Source of the DNA: Deferribacterales bacterium
GTDB taxonomy: Bacteria; Chrysiogenota; Deferribacteres; Deferribacterales; Geovibrionaceae
DNA: 64,000 nt
NCBI GenBank assembly: GCA_050253075.1
Contig: JBFWJS010000002.1
Location: forward strand, 384,001-448,000
Direction: 5' to 3'
In this document: in pieces, positions 59,841-64,000 of the stretch
How the letters are laid out: each line of letters starts with the position of its first letter
Position numbering within the stretch: the first letter of the stretch is position 1
Position numbers and translations under genes: made by a program
The notes under the pieces: generated by a model
Databases searched by the model: none
Told to the model about the DNA's origin: nothing
Seen by the model: the letters and a program-made list of their open reading frames with translations, nothing else

Positions 59841-60158
59841 TTAAACAACGAAAAGAAGGATAAGAGCTACAACAAGTGCGTAAATAGCAAGTGACTCGAT
59901 CAGAGCAAGACCGATGATCATTGTTGTAGAGATTTTACCGGAAGCGGAAGGGTTTCTAGAGATACCTTCAACAGCACCTTTAATAGCAGAACCCTGACCG
60001 ATACCTGTACCGAGAGCAGCAACTCCCATAGCAAGACCAGCACCGATGTACTTAGCCCATACGCCAGCATCAGCTGCGCCTTCAGAAGCGAAAGCAGAGC
60101 TTGTCACAACAGCCATAACAGCTGCAACAGAAAGAAGAATTTTTACAACTTTAGACAT
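59841..60158 (-). CDS. atpE: ATP synthase F0 subunit c with signal-peptide-like N-terminal extension
   Basis: GxGxGxG helix, RNP loop, IESLAIYAL. Confidence 0.95.
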   Translation of the reverse strand: MSKVVKILLSVAAVMAVVTSSAFASEGAADAGVWAKYIGAGLAMGVAALGTGIGQGSAIKGAVEGISRNPSASGKISTTMIIGLALIESLAIYALVVALILLFVV

Positions 60159-60188
60159 TTTAATGTCCTCCTTTAATATATGAAACTT

Positions 60189-60860
60189 TTAGTGTGCTTC
60201 TTCAAGTGCACCACTTATATAAATCATGGACAGCATCATAAACACATACGCCTGAAGAGCGCCTGTGAAAAGACCGAGGAAAAACATCGGCAGCGGTACA
60301 AGGAATGGTACCAGCATGAAAAGGATGATGATAACAAGATCCTCTCCGAAGATGTTTCCGAAAAGTCGCATAGACAGTGAAAGCGGTCTAGCGAAGTGAC
60401 CGATGAGCTCGATGATGAGCATCAGCGGAGCGAGCCAGCTAACAGGCCCGAGGAAATGTTTGATGTAGTGTGCACCGTGCTTTTTAAAGCCGATGTACTG
60501 ATAAACAAAGAAAACAACCAGAGCGGGAGCCGCTGTGGAGTTCAGGTTTGATGTAGGTGCGAGAAATCCCGGGATAAGTCCTAAGAAGTTTGAAAAAGCT
60601 ACATAAAGACCGATACCGAAGATAAGCGGGATGTAAGGTCTCCCTTCAACGCCCATTACATCGTCACACATGTTATAGATACCTTTAACGAAAAGCTCTA
60701 AAGTATTCTGTGTGCGACCGGGAACCTCAGCATTGCCTTTGCCGGCAAGTACGCCAAGGAAAATCACGATTAAGACCACGAGAAATGTCATGGTTACGTG
60801 CCAGTAAGTGTGAGAAAAAGCCATACCGAACAGCATGGACACATTAAGTGGGTGTTCCAT
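60189..60860 (-). CDS. atpB: ATP synthase F0 subunit a
   Basis: NFLGLIPG, PTSNLN, ARPLSLSMRLFGNI, LQAYVFMML. Confidence 0.96.
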   Translation of the reverse strand: MEHPLNVSMLFGMAFSHTYWHVTMTFLVVLIVIFLGVLAGKGNAEVPGRTQNTLELFVKGIYNMCDDVMGVEGRPYIPLIFGIGLYVAFSNFLGLIPGFLAPTSNLNSTAAPALVVFFVYQYIGFKKHGAHYIKHFLGPVSWLAPLMLIIELIGHFARPLSLSMRLFGNIFGEDLVIIILFMLVPFLVPLPMFFLGLFTGALQAYVFMMLSMIYISGALEEAH

Positions 60861-60890
60861 CGTCCTTCCTCTTAAAGTTATTTAAAAATA

Positions 60891-60972
60891 TTCAAAGAAA
60901 TGCCATCCTGACATTTCTTTGCCGAAGCTCACAAAGGCAAAGCCTTCGCGGGGCACATCAAGTGCCCTTGAA
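60891..60972 (-). repeat. GGA-loop hairpin element, copy 2 (between atpI and atpB)
   Basis: Minus strand TTCAA-GGGCAC-ttgat-GTGCCC-CGCGAAGG...CAAAGAAATGTC-AGGAT-GGCATTTCTTTG-AA; TTCAA/TTGAA inverted ends. Confidence 0.6.
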
Positions 60973-60975
60973 AGT

Positions 60976-61338
60976 CTAATCAGGTTCCTTTCTTAGACTT
61001 TCGTATATAACAAAAAACGGTATACACACGGGTATAATTGAGAGCCCCACCAGCATACCTATTATGTTCAATTGTAATTTCGTCATGCTGAGCCAGATGA
61101 CAAAGCCAGTGCCGAGCAGACGAATCTGTCCGTTGAAGATAAGCGCCATCGACGCCCTGCCTTCAACAAGTCCCAAAACCTTTCGTGCTAAAGAGTAAAA
61201 ATTCACAACACCTAAAAGGTAACCAACGAACGCACCATTAGCAAACGCAGGTTCAAATCGGAACCTGCATACTGTATACAATAAAGCGAAAAAAATCAAT
61301 GAGAGAATTAAAATTTTATTTGGTATCTTCATCGTCAT
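60976..61338 (-). CDS. atpI: ATP synthase protein I (4-TM)
   Basis: Four hydrophobic helices, GYLLGVVNF, GMLVGLS; position upstream of atpB; start uncertain. Confidence 0.75.
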   Translation of the reverse strand: MTMKIPNKILILSLIFFALLYTVCRFRFEPAFANGAFVGYLLGVVNFYSLARKVLGLVEGRASMALIFNGQIRLLGTGFVIWLSMTKLQLNIIGMLVGLSIIPVCIPFFVIYESLRKEPD

Positions 61339-61558
61339 ACAGGTTGGTTTTTTTGACAAAATATATCATGTTTTTGAATCCTGCGATTATCCCGCAGACC
61401 ATAAAAAGGAGGAAAAGCCACGGCTTTGTTCCGAAGGTTTTATCCAGCCACCAGCCCATCCCTGCGCCTATCAGAACGCTGAAAGCGAGCGATGTGCCAA
61501 CAGAGCTGGCATTGGCCATCTTTTTTACGAATTTATCTGCATCGGATTTCTTACTCAT
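61316..61558 (-). CDS. atpZ: AtpZ/AtpI-family 2-TM protein
   Basis: GAGMGWWLDKTFGTKPW..GIIAGFKN motif. Confidence 0.85.
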   Translation of the reverse strand: MSKKSDADKFVKKMANASSVGTSLAFSVLIGAGMGWWLDKTFGTKPWLFLLFMVCGIIAGFKNMIYFVKKTNLYDDEDTK

Positions 61559-61878
61559 TTAACACCATATGTTTTGTATATATCTACGGCAAAGGCTACG
61601 CCCGTGCCCGGTTCGTCGAAGTGGACTATCCTATCCAGTCCCTCCATGAATTCGTCGAATATCTCATCAGGTATAGTGGTCATCATCGTGCGGTTGTTTG
61701 CACGTGCGCCCACCATCAGGTCTCTGAAGCCCGCAAAGATAGGTATGTCGTATGCAAGGATGCGTCCCATGCCGACAGAATCGAGCACGGTGCCCCCTCG
61801 GACACCCTGCTCTACCATATATTCAATAATTTCTTCAAGTAATTCCACCGTATTTAATACGATAAAAACAAGCTTCAA
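61555..61878 (-). CDS. P-II-like (GlnB-superfamily) protein
   Basis: MKLVFIVLN, GVRGGTVLDSVGMG, PGTGVAF, C-terminal G; ATGA-type overlap with atpZ. Confidence 0.75.
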   Translation of the reverse strand: MKLVFIVLNTVELLEEIIEYMVEQGVRGGTVLDSVGMGRILAYDIPIFAGFRDLMVGARANNRTMMTTIPDEIFDEFMEGLDRIVHFDEPGTGVAFAVDIYKTYGVK

Positions 61879-61909
61879 AGTATTGCGTACCTCACTGTAT
61901 CCATTGCCT

Positions 61910-62047
61910 AGGGCTAAGATGAAGGCAAAACAAGTTTGCTATTCTCTGCTTAGCTGCGAAAGCTCCGTCGTCGTACTCCTCGCAATGACAAAAGGATGTC
62001 ATTACGAGGAACAAAGTGACGAAGTAATCTTCCAACGTATTTCGTTA
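61910..62047. repeat. Left REP-like doublet cassette flanking the GIY-YIG gene
   Basis: AGGGCTAAGAT (61910), CGTCGTCGTACTCCTCGCAATGACA (61966-61990), GTCATTACGAGG..GACGAAGTAATCT and AATCTTCCAACGTATTTCGTTA (62026-62047). Confidence 0.85.
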
Positions 62048-62338
62048 ATTCAGAATATCTTTATACAAATCCCGCCAGTCAGGATTCATGCTATTAATGA
62101 TGTCTTCCTTCTTCTTTCTGCTGCCGCCTTTGATTTGTTTCTCTCTGGCAATAGCATACTCGATATCGTCGAAAACTTCATAGTAAACAAGCTGGTCTAC
62201 GGAATATTTCTTAGTAAAACCGTCAACCAGCTTATTCTTATGTTCATATACTCTTTTAACTAAATCAGAGGTAACGCCAGCATACAAGACAGTTTTATCA
62301 AAATTTGTCAGCAGGTAAACGTAACCTCTTTTGCTCAT
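62045..62338 (-). CDS. Small standalone GIY-YIG nuclease family protein (97 aa)
   Basis: GYVYLL..LYAGVTSDLVKRVYEH, FTKKY, LVYYE, AIAREKQIKG, NPDWRDL; the conserved Tyr, Arg, Glu and Asn positions appear present. Confidence 0.92.
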   Translation of the reverse strand: MSKRGYVYLLTNFDKTVLYAGVTSDLVKRVYEHKNKLVDGFTKKYSVDQLVYYEVFDDIEYAIAREKQIKGGSRKKKEDIINSMNPDWRDLYKDILN

Positions 62339-62351
62339 TCTATTTTACCAA

Positions 62352-62449
62352 AGGGCTAAGATTGCTTCGTCGTCGTACTCCTCGCAATGACAGTAAAAGA
62401 GTCATTGCGAACCTGTCAAGGTGAAGCAATCTTCCAACGTATTTCGTTA
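62352..62449. repeat. Right REP-like doublet cassette flanking the GIY-YIG gene
   Basis: AGGGCTAAGATTGCTTCGTCGTCGTACTCCTCGCAATGACA (62352-62392), GTCATTGCGAACC..GGTGAAGCAATCT and AATCTTCCAACGTATTTCGTTA (62428-62449). Confidence 0.88.
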
Positions 62450-62534
62450 CATTACTTCTTTAAGGCTTTCGTAATGAGCCTTGATAGTAGCTTCAATATC
62501 TTCGTCAGTATGCGCACTGCTCACAAACATTCCC
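62446..62534 (-). repeat. Exact 89-bp duplicate of the hemL 3' end (identical to 62665-62753)
   Basis: GTTACATTACTTC...CACAAACATTCCC occurs twice, offset by 219 bp. Confidence 0.95.
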
Positions 62535-62665
62535 GACATATTAAACAAGCAGTTTTTTTAGTCCTAAAAAAACCTGCCTCTCGCTCGGCAAAACAAAGTA
62601 ATGCCTCGCTCTCACTTCGCTTCCGCTCCGTGGGCGCTGTCCTGCGCCTGTTCTCGGGATGTTTG
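62524..62665 (-). mobile_element. MITE-like GGA-loop hairpin element, copy 3, between the 89-bp direct repeats
   Basis: Imperfect terminal inverted repeats CAAACATTCCCGA/TCGGGATGTTTG; minus-strand hairpins GGCGC-AGGACA-GCGCC and TTTTTTT-AGGACT-AAAAAAA. Confidence 0.55.
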
Positions 62666-63934
62666 TTACATTACTTCTTTAAGGCTTTCGTAATGAGCCT
62701 TGATAGTAGCTTCAATATCTTCGTCAGTATGCGCACTGCTCACAAACATTCCCTCGAACTGTGCGGGTGCGAGTGTGATGCCTCTGTCTAGCATAGCGTG
62801 GAAGAATTTAGCATATTTATCTGTGTCGGATTTCATAGCATCTGCGAAACAGCGAACCTCGCCCTCTTTGAAAAAGAGACATGCGAGGGACTCTATCCTG
62901 TTGAATGCGTATTTGAGTCCGAGTTTTTTACAGTTTTCTTCGAATCCGTCGTAAAGAGCATCTGCCTTTACTTTCAGATTCTTATAGAAATCAGGCTGAG
63001 AGAGCTTGTTCAGCATGGCGAGTCCTGCCGCTGTTGCGAGAGGGTTTCCGCTGAGTGTGCCCGCCTGATAAACAGGTCCGATAGGAGACATCATCTCCAT
63101 TATCTCACGCTTTCCGCCGAATGCGCCCACAGGAAGTCCGCCGCCGATGATCTTACCCATTGTGGTGATGTCAGGCATAACGTTGAAGTACTGCTGTGCG
63201 CCCCCTGCTGAAAGTCTGAATCCTGTGATAACCTCATCAAAAAGGAGAACGATGCCTTCGTCGTCACATACCTTTCTGAGGTCTTCGAGGAAGCCGTCCT
63301 TTGGAAGGACAACGCCCATGTTGCCCGCAACAGGCTCTACGAGGATACATGCGACTTCGCCTTTATTCTCTGAAAGGAGAGCCTTTATGGAGTCTATATC
63401 GTTGTACTGAGCAACGAGTGTATGCTTTGCAAAATCCGCAGGAACGCCGGGGCTGGAAGGCTGGTTGAATGTAAGCGCACCGCTGCCCGCCTTAACGAGA
63501 AGGCTGTCGGAGTGACCGTGGTAGCATCCTTCGAATTTAATGATCTTATCTCTTTTAGTATATGCACGGGCGAGTCTGATAGCAGACATGAGAGCCTCTG
63601 TACCGGAGCTGACAAGGCGGACCATGTCAACGGAAGGAACCATCTCACATATCTTTTTGGCTATGTCGAGCTCTGCCTTTGTCGGTGCGCCGAAGCTGGT
63701 TCCGAGCTCGGCAGTCTTTTTCACGACATCAATGATCTCAGGATCTGCGTGGCCTGTTATCATAGGCCCCCATGAACATACATAATCTATATAGCTTTTG
63801 CCGTCTTCGTCGAAGACCTTTGAACCCTTCGCACTTTTTATAACTACAGGGTCGCCTCCCACAGAGCCGAAAGCTCTAACAGGGCTGTTTACCCCTCCGG
63901 GAATGTATTTTTTTGACTCTTCAAAGATTGTCAT
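62666..63934 (-). CDS. hemL: Glutamate-1-semialdehyde 2,1-aminomutase
   Basis: PGGVNSPVRAF, SGTEA, GCYHGH, FDEVITGFR, GKIIGGGLPVGA, YQAGTLSGNP. Confidence 0.97.
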   Translation of the reverse strand: MTIFEESKKYIPGGVNSPVRAFGSVGGDPVVIKSAKGSKVFDEDGKSYIDYVCSWGPMITGHADPEIIDVVKKTAELGTSFGAPTKAELDIAKKICEMVPSVDMVRLVSSGTEALMSAIRLARAYTKRDKIIKFEGCYHGHSDSLLVKAGSGALTFNQPSSPGVPADFAKHTLVAQYNDIDSIKALLSENKGEVACILVEPVAGNMGVVLPKDGFLEDLRKVCDDEGIVLLFDEVITGFRLSAGGAQQYFNVMPDITTMGKIIGGGLPVGAFGGKREIMEMMSPIGPVYQAGTLSGNPLATAAGLAMLNKLSQPDFYKNLKVKADALYDGFEENCKKLGLKYAFNRIESLACLFFKEGEVRCFADAMKSDTDKYAKFFHAMLDRGITLAPAQFEGMFVSSAHTDEDIEATIKAHYESLKEVM

Positions 63935-64000
63935 AATAAACCTCGCAAAACATTTTTACGAATGATACTAAAGTTATCTTCTCAGAACAACAGATTTGTT

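Noticed and set aside
61910..62449. Repeats around the GIY-YIG gene read as a CRISPR array
   Set aside because: The units alternate in orientation, spacing is irregular, there are no uniform spacers and no cas genes.
62387..62791. 134-aa plus-strand ORF with an internal repeat
   Set aside because: It is a by-product of the 89-bp duplication and lies antisense to hemL.

Overview
A 64-kb stretch of core chromosome from a motile, diderm bacterium. Gene content and order suggest Deferribacterota (Denitrovibrio/Geovibrio-like); that assignment is inference only. Main content: recC(3' end)-recB-recD, rel and recJ, three chemoreceptors, a PilZ flagellar brake, a large orphan flagellin, lepA-lepB-pyrH-frr-uppS-cdsA-dxr-rseP, a divergently split type II secretion cluster (gspC-N) with an embedded CPBP intramembrane protease, murB/mtnP/lolD, yebC-ruvC-ruvA, leuA, psd-pssA, rplY, an 11-heme cytochrome c, a split F0 atp operon and hemL. 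I saw no rRNA, tRNA, CRISPR array, transposase or integrase. The most unusual signal is non-coding. (1) A small standalone GIY-YIG nuclease gene (62045-62338) is bracketed by directly repeated doublets of GTCA-headed palindromes, and relatives of these palindromes are scattered in three other intergenic regions. This resembles a REP/RAYT arrangement but with a GIY-YIG enzyme. (2) An exact 89-bp duplication of the hemL 3' end encloses a ~130-bp structured element. (3) That element belongs to a second family of GGA-loop hairpin elements with three copies in the window. Other candidates are a His-less sensor kinase, a Leu-codon/slippery-site leader upstream of leuA, and a P-II-like gene coupled to the F0 operon. 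Product calls rest on motifs I recognised by eye; no database search was run.
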